A stretch of DNA of 64,000 bases from Fimbriimonadia bacterium (GTDB taxonomy: Bacteria > Armatimonadota > Fimbriimonadia > Fimbriimonadales > Fimbriimonadaceae), in the NCBI GenBank assembly GCA_030430755.1, contig JAUIKO010000004.1, positions 6,817 to 70,816 on the forward strand, in the 5' to 3' direction. The notes under the pieces were generated by a model. That model did no database searches, was not told the DNA's origin, and worked only from the letters and a program-made list of their open reading frames with translations. A program made the position numbers and the translations under genes. Positions 40,062 to 49,807 of this stretch are shown in pieces; positions within the stretch are counted from its first letter, which is position 1; every line of letters begins with the position of its first letter.

Positions 40062-40118
40062 GGTAGAAAACTATCTAACTGTTAGAAAACTATTTAACTG
40101 GTAGAAGAAAATTTAACT
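40062..40118. repeat. 3 x 19-bp tandem repeat abutting the 3' end of tRNA-Leu
   Basis: GGTAGAAAACTATCTAACT | GTTAGAAAACTATTTAACT | GGTAGAAGAAAATTTAACT. A fourth, more degenerate copy (ATTAGAAAAAATTCAAATT) lies just upstream, around 40043-40061. Confidence 0.85.
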
Positions 40119-40204
<86 letters not shown>

Positions 40205-40236
40205 TATTTACAATAAGTTTACCTGATGATTATATA

Positions 40237-40878
40237 TTAATCATCATTAACCCACAAAGAAATGTTTTTCATTCCGTACATCATTGAAGATTCATTATAT
40301 ACAGGTGAAATACTTACAACAGAAAATCCCTGATTTAAATTAAATGCTTGATAACTAGGTTCCGATGAAAAAATACCATTCATTAAATATGCTCCTATGG
40401 GAAAACAGACACTGCAAAATTCATAATCATCATCCTTACTCGAAAAAAAACGCATTAATATCTGATTATGTAATATTGTAATTTCCACCTTACCTTCTGT
40501 GTTAACTTCTATATTATTTGGTAGAAATATTTTTTTAATAGCTTGATCTCGAAAATGTACATCTAGTGGATTAAGATTCTTATCTAAAAACACTTTCCAT
40601 GTAGAATTCCCTAAACCAAGTGGTAGTTTTCTGACAAAAGAATTCCTGATTTTTAATTCAATAGGAATAACGATCTCTTTTTGATTACAATAAATATTTG
40701 AGGATCGTATCTGACTAAAATCATCTCTATCAATAACGACAAACCCATTTAAAGTTTTGCCACTTAAACGATCCATAATTTCCTCGTGATTGATAAACGC
40801 AGCCGATGCAATAAGAGAGTAAACCCATATTACAACATTCCAACAGAATCTGAATAAGCTTAGATTTTTTTTCAACAT
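40237..40878 (-). CDS. Hypothetical membrane-anchored/secreted protein
   Basis: N-terminal hydrophobic segment (FCWNVVIWVYSLIASAAF). No recognisable family motif. Confidence 0.5.
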   Translation of the reverse strand: MLKKNLSLFRFCWNVVIWVYSLIASAAFINHEEIMDRLSGKTLNGFVVIDRDDFSQIRSSNIYCNQKEIVIPIELKIRNSFVRKLPLGLGNSTWKVFLDKNLNPLDVHFRDQAIKKIFLPNNIEVNTEGKVEITILHNQILMRFFSSKDDDYEFCSVCFPIGAYLMNGIFSSEPSYQAFNLNQGFSVVSISPVYNESSMMYGMKNISLWVNDD

Positions 40879-41313
40879 TTTTTATCCTCGTATTTATTTA
40901 AACTTTTTCTACACTTCGGAGAATATAAATTATTCTTTATACTACAACATAAAATAAAATTTGCCTCAATAAAAAGAAAAAATATTCCATCTCGATTATA
41001 AAAAAAATACAATCTATTCTAAAAAAGTTTAGATATTAAAGACAATGTGAACCGATAAATACTAAAAAATCCTCTCTTCAAAAGAAATACAGACTACAAA
41101 TACAATGTACTAATTGAAGTATTTACTTCAGAAAAAATACGATCTACGAGAATCAGACTGAGTTTATAACTAGGTATATCGAAAGCACTGATTTCAAAAA
41201 ACTATTTTTTTCATCAGTGAAAAATATAAATACAGGCTCTATCAGCATTTAGATTTATGATAAAGAAACATAAGCACTGAAAGGGAGATTCATCTTTTAA
41301 AACTATCTATTCA

Positions 41314-42426
41314 TTACTTTAAAGACTCAGGATTTAACCCTTTTAATTCTGGCAAAACAAATAGTCCATCTTTCCGGATAAGTTTTCCATCAAACCAAAC
41401 TTCTCCTCCACCATACTCTTCTCTTTGAATAAGGACTAAGTCCCAGTGGATTGCAGAAACATTTCCGTTTCCAACACCCTCATACGCCTTGCCCGGAGTT
41501 AAATGCATGCTTCCTGCTATTTTTTCATCAAACAATATATCTCGCATTGGATGCAAAATTTCTGGATTAAAACCTAAAGACCATTCTCCAAAGTAACGTG
41601 CTCCTTCATCAGTATCTAGAACATTATTAATCTCATGATCTTTACCATCTGCAAATGCTTCACAAATCTTCCCTTTTTTCACAACAAAGCGAACATTATT
41701 AAAATCGACTCCATTATATACTGTCGGTGTGTTATATTGAATAACACCATTGACTGAATCTATAACGGGGCAACTATAACATTCACCATCAGGAATATTT
41801 CTCTCCCCTACGCAAGGCTGACTACCTATTCCTTTGATAGAAAATCTTAGATCTGTCCCTGGACCTTTGATATGAACTTGATCTGTTTTGTCCATAAGAT
41901 CTTTCAATGGCTCACAAGCTTTAGCTAACTTGGCATAATCGAAATTACAAACCCTAAAATAAAAGTCTTCAAAAGCACTGGTTGACATCGAAGCGAGTTG
42001 AGCCATACTAGCATTAGGCCACCTTAATACGACCCATTTCGTCTTATTAACTCTCTGATTCAGAACTCTTTTATAACCTGCATTCCATAGATTCATTTTT
42101 TCTGCTGGAACATCTGAAAGCTCGGTAACATTATGTGACCCACGAATTCCGATGTAAGCAGTCGCGGATTGCATCTCTTTCAACTCATTATCTACGATGA
42201 TTTGCAAATTTTCTTCCGTAAGCCCTGATAACCATGATCTTCGGATAAATGCTGATTCCTGCCGCACTATAACATTTGCACCCTTAGATTTTGCAGCTCT
42301 ACAAAGTTCAGCTACCACTTCATCCGGAATATCAAATGCATGAATAAGCACGGTATCACTAGGGCTTAGTTCAATTGAATACCCCACTAGTAATTCTGAC
42401 AACTCTTTTACCCTTGGATCTAACAT
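41314..42426 (-). CDS. Aminopeptidase, family M29 (AmpS/PepS/aminopeptidase T-like)
   Basis: KGPGTDLRFSIKG, LDTDEGARYFGEWSLG, ILFDEKIAGSMHLTPG and AIHWDLVL blocks are typical of M29. Confidence 0.88.
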   Translation of the reverse strand: MLDPRVKELSELLVGYSIELSPSDTVLIHAFDIPDEVVAELCRAAKSKGANVIVRQESAFIRRSWLSGLTEENLQIIVDNELKEMQSATAYIGIRGSHNVTELSDVPAEKMNLWNAGYKRVLNQRVNKTKWVVLRWPNASMAQLASMSTSAFEDFYFRVCNFDYAKLAKACEPLKDLMDKTDQVHIKGPGTDLRFSIKGIGSQPCVGERNIPDGECYSCPVIDSVNGVIQYNTPTVYNGVDFNNVRFVVKKGKICEAFADGKDHEINNVLDTDEGARYFGEWSLGFNPEILHPMRDILFDEKIAGSMHLTPGKAYEGVGNGNVSAIHWDLVLIQREEYGGGEVWFDGKLIRKDGLFVLPELKGLNPESLK

Positions 42427-42492
42427 AACATCATTTTACCTTTTTGATCATCGTGAATTAATTCCCTGTTTTTTTGAATAATCCATTTTATA

Positions 42493-43710
42493 TTATTTAT
42501 TTGACACTATATCAACACCATTATCTGATATCTGTAGTTTTTCTAAAGGTTTAGTGTATAAGTAAATATCATCGTGAGATATCTGGATACCATCTGTTAA
42601 CAATAACTTCGATGCTATACCAGCACTTTTATATATTTCTTGAATAAGTAATGCTCGACTACTTTTTTCATGTGAAGAAATTTGTTCCACTTCAGATTTT
42701 GCCTTTTGGATATACTCAGCCGTTTTTGAAATATTTTCAGGCCTAAAGACCGACATCTCATTATCCCAGTTTAATTGATTCAAATCCCTTGAAGCTTCCT
42801 CTAAATATTCAGTGAGATTATCTAATGATTTTTTCTTCTTAGCGAGGATAGCCTTTATTTCATTTCTTACTTTATCTGGTGAAGGCACTTTTGCTCCAAG
42901 AGGCACCTGGATTCTTTTTGTTAAATCTCCTTCTTCCATATCATAAAGCTTTCGAGCTTGTATAACGGCATCTTTTGCCTCACCAGTAAATTTGCCAATC
43001 TGCAACTTTGCATTACTGAAAATTTCTGCTCTTTTTGCTTTATATTTAACAGAATCCTTCTTTGCTTCAGAATACACATTTGACAATTCTTGATACTCTT
43101 CCTTCAATTTTTCTAAATTATTACTCTGTTCAGGTGTAGCAGGTGTACCACCTTGGACCTGAGCCATGAGTTCTTGCTCCAAAATTTGAAATTCTTCTGC
43201 TTTGCTTTGAACAAGATTCGATATTTCCTTCATTTGTGAGGCATGATACTGCTCATTTTGAATAACACTCTCTAATTCTCTATATTTACTCCTAATATCT
43301 TCTAAATAATCTACAAGCTTATCCATTTCTTCGTTAACAATAACTAACATCACTCTAGTATGTGGATTTACTTTATAAATCTCAAGAATATCATAGCTAC
43401 CATTTGGAGTATTTTCAGGGACATACACTTCATAAATATCTCGGTTGGAATCAGTATTGTAATGGTTGTTGCTAGCATGTACATTAGATGAAGAACCACT
43501 CTCATTATCCTGATTGTTTGTGGAATTCTGAGAATTATTATTTTCTCCGTTGTCAGTACTTACACTTTCGTCAGAAGTATGATCTAAACTTTTAGAATTA
43601 AAACCATATGGCACAATTCTACTAGAACTCCCTCCAACGCATCCTAAATGAACAACCGAAAATAGGATGGGGAATAAATAGATATATTTATAATTTTTGG
43701 TGTTATACAT
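42493..43710 (-). CDS. Hypothetical lipoprotein with N/S-rich linker and long coiled-coil region
   Basis: Lipobox FSVVHLGC. Asn/Ser-rich stretch (NGENNNSQNSTNNQDNESGSSSN), then heptad-like E/K/Q-rich sequence. No family recognised. Confidence 0.55.
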   Translation of the reverse strand: MYNTKNYKYIYLFPILFSVVHLGCVGGSSSRIVPYGFNSKSLDHTSDESVSTDNGENNNSQNSTNNQDNESGSSSNVHASNNHYNTDSNRDIYEVYVPENTPNGSYDILEIYKVNPHTRVMLVIVNEEMDKLVDYLEDIRSKYRELESVIQNEQYHASQMKEISNLVQSKAEEFQILEQELMAQVQGGTPATPEQSNNLEKLKEEYQELSNVYSEAKKDSVKYKAKRAEIFSNAKLQIGKFTGEAKDAVIQARKLYDMEEGDLTKRIQVPLGAKVPSPDKVRNEIKAILAKKKKSLDNLTEYLEEASRDLNQLNWDNEMSVFRPENISKTAEYIQKAKSEVEQISSHEKSSRALLIQEIYKSAGIASKLLLTDGIQISHDDIYLYTKPLEKLQISDNGVDIVSNK

Positions 43711-43901
43711 ATTTAACTTTTTCCATATTTACAACAAAAATACAGGACTTATACAGAAATAATAATGAAGAAAGATTTAATGATCGACCCATTTTACATA
43801 TTTTTATATAAAACTTACCGAAACACTTTTAAGCTAAAACATTAACGAGTAGTAATTAATTTTACAAATGGGTATATTGAAGTGAGGTAGTAATTTAATT
43901 T

Positions 43902-45539
43902 ATGTATCACCCTAATAATATATTGAAAATTGTTTCATTACTCGTAATAACGATCAACACTTGTGGATGCTGGACTAAGCCTGCGGCTTTTCCATCTAAA
44001 AATAAAGGAAACTCATCTACTCAACTTAAAACCTTCAGAGGACCTCTAGGAATGAATCCTTCTACCTTAGAGCCAACCCATGTCTGCAACGAACCGTATG
44101 CCAAACAACAAATTTTCAATCAAATATTTGAAGGTCTTGTAAGATATAATGCACAAAATAAAATACAACCAGCAATAGCTGAAAGCTGGAGCGTAGATAA
44201 TAATAACCGAACATACACTTTTTATATCAAAGAAAACCTTTTTTTCCATGATAACAAACCCGTCTATGCCAATGATGTCAAATGGAGTTTTGAAAGAGCA
44301 TGTAGTCCAAATATTTCCTCCCCTACAGCATCTATGGTCTTTCAAAATATTATAGGCGCAAAGCAAGTCTTAGATGGAAAAACTAAAAATATTACAGGTA
44401 TAGAAACACCTAATCCTAAAACCGTTATAATACATTTAACAAAACCTAACGTATTCTTCTTAGACCTCTTAACCATGCCTGTTGCATCCATTGTTAGTAA
44501 AAAGTCCACCCTTTTTGATTCCCCTATCAGTAAACTGAACCAAATGATAGGAACAGGGCCTTATTTAATGAAGGAATATATACCTGGACAACAAATTATT
44601 CTGGAGCCTTTTGAAAAATATATTGAAGGTAAACCAAAAATTAAAAATATTACTTGGCATATTGCAGCTGATCCGATCATGAATATGAACAAATTCAGAG
44701 AAGGTAATTACAGCTGGACTCCTGTACCTATTAAAGAAATGTCCAATGTAAAATCCGATCCGGTACTCCAAAAAAGTTATCATGTGGCTCACACTGCCCT
44801 TTTAATCCATCTTCAATTTTGCTCCAAAGCTTACAAACCATTTGAAAACCCTCTTGTTAGAAAGGCTTTTTGCATGGCTATCAATAGAAATACCATTGTA
44901 GATAGTCTTCTCAAAGATTCCGGCATCGAACTGGCAAATAGTTTTATTCCACCAATCTATCAGGTAGATTCCGTTAAAAACAAAAAACATGAAACATTAG
45001 AATTAAATATTTCAAAAGCTAAGAAACTATTAAAGCAAGCTGGATATAGTTCTCCGGCCATGCTTCCTAGACTAGAAGTCTTGCTTCCAGATAACAGTCT
45101 TACAGGAATAACCGTAGCTGAAAACATATGTCTTCAGTTAAAAGCTAATCTTGGTATCAATATCACTACAAAACAACAAGAATATACCGCATATCTACAA
45201 AGTCGATCACAAAACCTTACTGCTCTACACCTTCATGGCACGTATGCACAGTATATCGACCCTTCTGTTTATCTATCTGAATTTGATCATAGCAACTCGA
45301 TCACAAAATCATTACACTTAAACCCACAATTTACTGAGCTTATGGACAAAGCGAGTATTGAGACAAATCTTTCTAAAAGAATTGGATACTATCAGAAAGC
45401 AGAAAATCTATTATTAGATACTCCTCCAGCGCTGCCACTCTATTATAGTAACATCGGATATCTACTAAAGTATAATGTTAAAAATTACGAAAGAAATATG
45501 TTAGGAGCTACTCCCTTTACAAACATAGAAATAGATTAA
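43902..45539 (+). CDS. ABC-transporter substrate-binding lipoprotein, family 5 (peptide/nickel, OppA/DppA-like)
   Basis: Lipobox ITINTCGC. Typical SBP_bac_5 blocks (EGLVRYN..N.I.PA.AESW....D..TYTF.I......FHD...V.A.DVK.SFER; GTGPY). Confidence 0.85.
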   Translation: MYHPNNILKIVSLLVITINTCGCWTKPAAFPSKNKGNSSTQLKTFRGPLGMNPSTLEPTHVCNEPYAKQQIFNQIFEGLVRYNAQNKIQPAIAESWSVDNNNRTYTFYIKENLFFHDNKPVYANDVKWSFERACSPNISSPTASMVFQNIIGAKQVLDGKTKNITGIETPNPKTVIIHLTKPNVFFLDLLTMPVASIVSKKSTLFDSPISKLNQMIGTGPYLMKEYIPGQQIILEPFEKYIEGKPKIKNITWHIAADPIMNMNKFREGNYSWTPVPIKEMSNVKSDPVLQKSYHVAHTALLIHLQFCSKAYKPFENPLVRKAFCMAINRNTIVDSLLKDSGIELANSFIPPIYQVDSVKNKKHETLELNISKAKKLLKQAGYSSPAMLPRLEVLLPDNSLTGITVAENICLQLKANLGINITTKQQEYTAYLQSRSQNLTALHLHGTYAQYIDPSVYLSEFDHSNSITKSLHLNPQFTELMDKASIETNLSKRIGYYQKAENLLLDTPPALPLYYSNIGYLLKYNVKNYERNMLGATPFTNIEID

Positions 45540-45602
45540 TCTTATCAAAAACATTTTTTTTATGTAAATATCGTCAAAAATTAGAATAATTATCTAGGAA
45601 AA

Positions 45603-45854
45603 GTGCCTAAAATTACATATATGGCACGCCTTATGGATATAGAAACAAGCAAGATCGTCCGAAGAGAATTCTCCAGAAGACAAATAGATGTTTCAAAGAT
45701 TGAAATCCATGTATGTAGAGGAATCGTTACGGTTCGTGGCAATCTAGATATTCATTCGGCTCATGTATCCACAACTGACTGTTTAAAAGCTCTACAGAGA
45801 AACCTTAAAAACAAAACAAACATCCGTGATGTTATTTTTGACCTAGCAGGATAA
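45603..45854 (+). CDS. Small BON-domain-like protein
   Basis: IDVSKIEIHVCRGIVTVRGNL.......T.DCLKALQRNLKNKTNIRDVIFDL resembles the BON pattern (i.V.v.nG.VtL.G.v.....k..a......v.gV..V.n.l). GTG start; alternative ATG at 45621. Confidence 0.4.
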   Translation: MPKITYMARLMDIETSKIVRREFSRRQIDVSKIEIHVCRGIVTVRGNLDIHSAHVSTTDCLKALQRNLKNKTNIRDVIFDLAG

Positions 45855-45994
45855 TTTAAACATTCATAATCTTCAAACCTAAAAATTCCCAAATGACCTA
45901 TTGAATACTTAAGTTTCTCATTTAAATAGAATTTTCTTTAAGAAAAAGAGTAAGGTGATAATACTCTTTAATACCAATCATTAACGGAACATTC

Positions 45995-47161
45995 ATGAGT
46001 GTAAATACTGCATTATCCATTAAAATCCCATCAAGCAATAACTTCTCCAAAAAGAAGGATGCTTCTATTCTAACTGAATATGCAAGAACACACCCAACAA
46101 TCACTTCAGAGCAAAGTTTGCAAGCTGCTGCAGAAATGTTACGACTCCATAAGGTGATGTTTTTACCCATCCTAGTTGAGGAAAAGTATATCGGAATCAT
46201 CACAGAACATGATATTCTCCACTGCATTAATCACCATATTGATCCTAGAACACCAGTAAAACAAGTATTTAGCCTTAAACCTCTTCCTGTCTACCCTTCT
46301 ACACCAATAGAATCTGTTTTTGAGTCAATCGATAATACTAGATTTCCTTATGTTATTCTCTGTAATAGCGTCACGCATTATATCGGAGTGATTAGTGCTG
46401 CGGACTTAATATCCGGTAAAAACTACAATATCAGGCCAAAATCTGTTTATGGTATTACAAGCCCATTTGGAATATTTTTATCTGATGGAAATAATAGTAG
46501 TGGGCTTTTTAAATATCAATTATTTTTAACAGGTTTTTTTTATGCTACGATCTGTATATTAAGTTCCTTATCATCCATATTTAGTATTTCATGGATAAAA
46601 AACCTGAATGTTCTTCCTAAAGAAACGATCGATCATAGCTATATCCTCCTAACTGGATTATTTTTGTGCATATATCTGTACTTATTTAAAATTTTTAAAA
46701 TTCATAAACTAAAGATAGCCACTATTAAATTAATTATTGAAGGCGAACACCTAACTCCTTACCACTTTAAATCTTCTCTACATACTCGCCCTTCAAAAAG
46801 TCAGGTTTACCCGATTTATGTTTTTATATTGATATCTCTTGTAAGCTTCCGTTTAATCCCAAACCCTCTTTTAAATTTTTTCATAGGACTAGGAAGCACG
46901 GTTTTTCTCTATATGACAACCCTTGATAAGCTACATAAAGTGATATCTAATATCAAACCCACTCATGCACAAATAAACACTGCATGTAATGCCGGACGCG
47001 ACCTTCTTGAGCAATTTCAATCTGATCCCATCATACATCCATCTTTCCTAAATAAAGTAAGAAAAAGTGGGCTTATTTTACTAGTTATTGGTGCAGTATC
47101 TAGCATTTTAATTTGTTATTTAATTAAAACCCTTCTCAGCTGGGATATAATCGTATTATGA
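45995..47161 (+). CDS. CBS-pair domain protein fused to a polytopic membrane domain
   Basis: Two CBS-like repeats (..LHKVMFLPILVEEKYIGIITEHDIL..; ..FPYVILCNSVTHYIGVISAADLI) followed by at least 4 hydrophobic helices. 4-nt overlap with secG. Confidence 0.6.
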   Translation: MSVNTALSIKIPSSNNFSKKKDASILTEYARTHPTITSEQSLQAAAEMLRLHKVMFLPILVEEKYIGIITEHDILHCINHHIDPRTPVKQVFSLKPLPVYPSTPIESVFESIDNTRFPYVILCNSVTHYIGVISAADLISGKNYNIRPKSVYGITSPFGIFLSDGNNSSGLFKYQLFLTGFFYATICILSSLSSIFSISWIKNLNVLPKETIDHSYILLTGLFLCIYLYLFKIFKIHKLKIATIKLIIEGEHLTPYHFKSSLHTRPSKSQVYPIYVFILISLVSFRLIPNPLLNFFIGLGSTVFLYMTTLDKLHKVISNIKPTHAQINTACNAGRDLLEQFQSDPIIHPSFLNKVRKSGLILLVIGAVSSILICYLIKTLLSWDIIVL

Positions 47162-47391
47162 GTATATATAACGTTTTATTAGTATTGTCTGTCATTGTGG
47201 CAATACTGTTAGTATTAATGGTTCTTTTCACAGGTAAAGCTGATGCTATGTCTGGTGGTGGTGGATCTATAAGAACTAATTTTAAAGGTAAAGCCGGCTT
47301 TGACGATTACATGTCCCGTGCAACGTTTATTCTTGGGGCACTTTTTATTTCTTTAATGTTTTTACTTAACTTTTTAGCCAGTTCAAAATAA
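47158..47391 (+). CDS. secG: Preprotein translocase subunit SecG
   Basis: 77 aa with two TM helices separated by a Gly-rich loop (GKADAMSGGGGS). Confidence 0.75.
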   Translation: MSIYNVLLVLSVIVAILLVLMVLFTGKADAMSGGGGSIRTNFKGKAGFDDYMSRATFILGALFISLMFLLNFLASSK

Positions 47392-47412
47392 GCACTTCTC
47401 TTCACATAGAAA

Positions 47413-48138
47413 ATGATGTCAACCATTAAAATACTCCATACGAGTGATTTACATGGTAAGTTAAATAAGAGTCAGTATACTGCCTTGAAAAAAATACGAG
47501 GTGGTGTAGACCTCTATTTTGATACCGGTGATGTTATCAAAACAGGTAATTTAACGATACCAAGTACCACTGAAGAAATCTGGAATAAGCTTAATACATT
47601 AAATGTATCATCTTCTACTCTAGGTAATAGAGAGGCACACCCGCTACCACAAGCAGCGCAGATGAAAACCGCCGGACAAAAGCATTCCACTGTCTGCGCA
47701 AATTACTTCAATCAAAACCATAATTTGATCCATAAGCCTTATGAGATTCTTGAAATAAATAATGTAAAAATCGCTATATTTGGTATCATGATCCCTATTG
47801 TGCACCAGAGCTATTATAAGAAAATACCATCTTACTACTACTGGAAGAATCCATTTTATATCGCAAGTAATCTTGTCCCTATTCTTAAAAAAAAATCAGA
47901 TATGATTATTGCGCTTACCCATATCGGCTTAGATATGGACATCTTACTTTCTCAACTATGCCCTGATATAAATATCATCTTAGGAGGTCATTCTCATGAT
48001 ATACTAAAGGTACCTCTTAAAATTAATAACACATATATATCCCATACTGGATCACATGGAGAATTTGCAGGAGTTATGGAGTGGTGCAATGAGAAAATGG
48101 TTCAATATGAACTTAAAAGTTTGGATACTCAGTCATAA
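47413..48138 (+). CDS. Calcineurin-like metallophosphoesterase (5'-nucleotidase N-terminal-domain type)
   Basis: ILHTSDLHG, DTGD, GNRE(A)H and GGHSH motif series. The C-terminal 5'-nucleotidase substrate domain is absent. Confidence 0.8.
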   Translation: MMSTIKILHTSDLHGKLNKSQYTALKKIRGGVDLYFDTGDVIKTGNLTIPSTTEEIWNKLNTLNVSSSTLGNREAHPLPQAAQMKTAGQKHSTVCANYFNQNHNLIHKPYEILEINNVKIAIFGIMIPIVHQSYYKKIPSYYYWKNPFYIASNLVPILKKKSDMIIALTHIGLDMDILLSQLCPDINIILGGHSHDILKVPLKINNTYISHTGSHGEFAGVMEWCNEKMVQYELKSLDTQS

Positions 48139-49807
48139 AAAGATTAGAAAGTCCCAAACTATAAATGTTTTTTGTTTATATATTCGGGAATATCTTTTTT
48201 CCTCTCTAAGATTTTCAATATCTGCTGTAATGTGTTGTTATATTCTCATGTTATCAGGATGCTCTTCAACGAAGGCTAAAACACTAACGATTACAAAGAA
48301 CAAAACAAAAAAAACACTCAAGTATCCTTTGTCTATCGAACCTACTTCCTATGATCCTGCAACTGTGGAAGATTTTAGAACATATACCACTTTACTGCAA
48401 CATGTTTATGAAAAACTCATTCAATACAACGCTAAAAATCAAATTACACCTAGTCTTGCACATACTTGGCATATTAGTCCCGATCAGAAAAAATATACAT
48501 TTAATCTTAAAAAGAATATTTTAACTCACCAAATGCAACTCCTTTCTGCTGAAGATGTAAAGTTTTCTATTGAAAGAGCATGTTCTCCTAATTTTAAATC
48601 ACCCACAGCTGAAAGTGCATTTGCTGGCATTAAAGGATACAACAATTTTAAAAAAGGTTTTACCTCAAGTATTACAGGTATACACATCCTAGATCCACAT
48701 ACAATAGAATTTAGTTTACATAGGCCAGATTCAACATTTCTATCCAAATTAGCGTACCCCGTTGCAAGCATTTTATCAAAAACTGCTCCTAAAACCGAAA
48801 TATCCGATATTAAATCCATGATAGGTACCGGCCCTTTTCAAATTCAACTAATAGAACCTTATATATTTATTAAATTAAAAAGTTTTAAATATTACCATGG
48901 TAAAAAACAAAAAATAAAAAACATTCATATACCAATTATTAACGATCTTCAAACCTATATCAGTAAATTCAAAGCTAAGGAAATAGATTTTTGCGAGCTC
49001 TCACCTGATGATGTTAAATCTGTGTCAGAAGACTCTAGCATCAATCATTTAATTAAAACAATCCCTTCTCATTCTATTTTCTACACTGAATTATCTGGAA
49101 TAGCCTATCCACCTTTTAAAAATAAATATGTTAGAAAAGCAATCTATCATGCTATCAACCTAAAAGAACTGGAAAACACGATTTTAAAAAAAACTCATAT
49201 CCATCTAAACCAATATTTCTTCTTAAATGATATAGGAAATGAGAACAGGCAATACAATATTAAAAAAGCAAAGCGAGCTTTATGTAAAGCAGGTTATCAC
49301 GATGGTTGTTGTCTCCCATGCCTAACCATTTATGCCCCTGCACATCGAACCATGGCCAAAAAAATAGCAGAGCGGCTATGTCTTCATATCAAAACTAACC
49401 TAAACATTCCATGTAAAGTAGGAACTATACCGTGGAATCTATTTATACAAAGAACTTCCGAATCTAAACTACCGATGGCCCTCCAGAGATATCAACCCAA
49501 TTCCGATCATCCACAATGTATTGTTAAGGACATTATTATCAATTCAGAAAACTTTAAAAGATTTTCAAAACATTACCATTCATTTACCAACTCTATTGAT
49601 AAAATGAACCGTACAACTATGAAAGAAATGTATATTCCAGAAATGATCAAACTAGAAAAAATCATTCTTGACGAAAAACTCATCATGCCTTTCTTTTGTA
49701 AGGATGACACATATCTTATTCAACCGTATATCGATAATCTTGAATTTAATTTTCAAGGTTTCATCAATATTAGTCAAGTCATCAACAACAATGAAAACAC
49801 GATATGA
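48056..49807 (+). CDS. ABC-transporter substrate-binding lipoprotein, family 5 (second copy)
   Basis: Lipobox LMLSGC. Blocks are paralogous to 43902-45539 (YEKLIQYNAKNQITPSLAHTW.IS.D...YTF.L; DVKFSIERACSPN; GTGPF). Start uncertain: the track start overlaps the upstream gene by 83 nt, with alternatives ATG 48107 or 48230. Confidence 0.8.
   Translation: MENLQELWSGAMRKWFNMNLKVWILSHKKIRKSQTINVFCLYIREYLFSSLRFSISAVMCCYILMLSGCSSTKAKTLTITKNKTKKTLKYPLSIEPTSYDPATVEDFRTYTTLLQHVYEKLIQYNAKNQITPSLAHTWHISPDQKKYTFNLKKNILTHQMQLLSAEDVKFSIERACSPNFKSPTAESAFAGIKGYNNFKKGFTSSITGIHILDPHTIEFSLHRPDSTFLSKLAYPVASILSKTAPKTEISDIKSMIGTGPFQIQLIEPYIFIKLKSFKYYHGKKQKIKNIHIPIINDLQTYISKFKAKEIDFCELSPDDVKSVSEDSSINHLIKTIPSHSIFYTELSGIAYPPFKNKYVRKAIYHAINLKELENTILKKTHIHLNQYFFLNDIGNENRQYNIKKAKRALCKAGYHDGCCLPCLTIYAPAHRTMAKKIAERLCLHIKTNLNIPCKVGTIPWNLFIQRTSESKLPMALQRYQPNSDHPQCIVKDIIINSENFKRFSKHYHSFTNSIDKMNRTTMKEMYIPEMIKLEKIILDEKLIMPFFCKDDTYLIQPYIDNLEFNFQGFINISQVINNNENTI

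Noticed and set aside
45922-46227. 101-aa minus-strand ORF overlapping the start of the CBS-domain gene
   Set aside because: It overlaps the CBS gene, whose product has recognisable CBS repeats. It has no motif of its own, and its start and stop fall in the intergenic promoter region.
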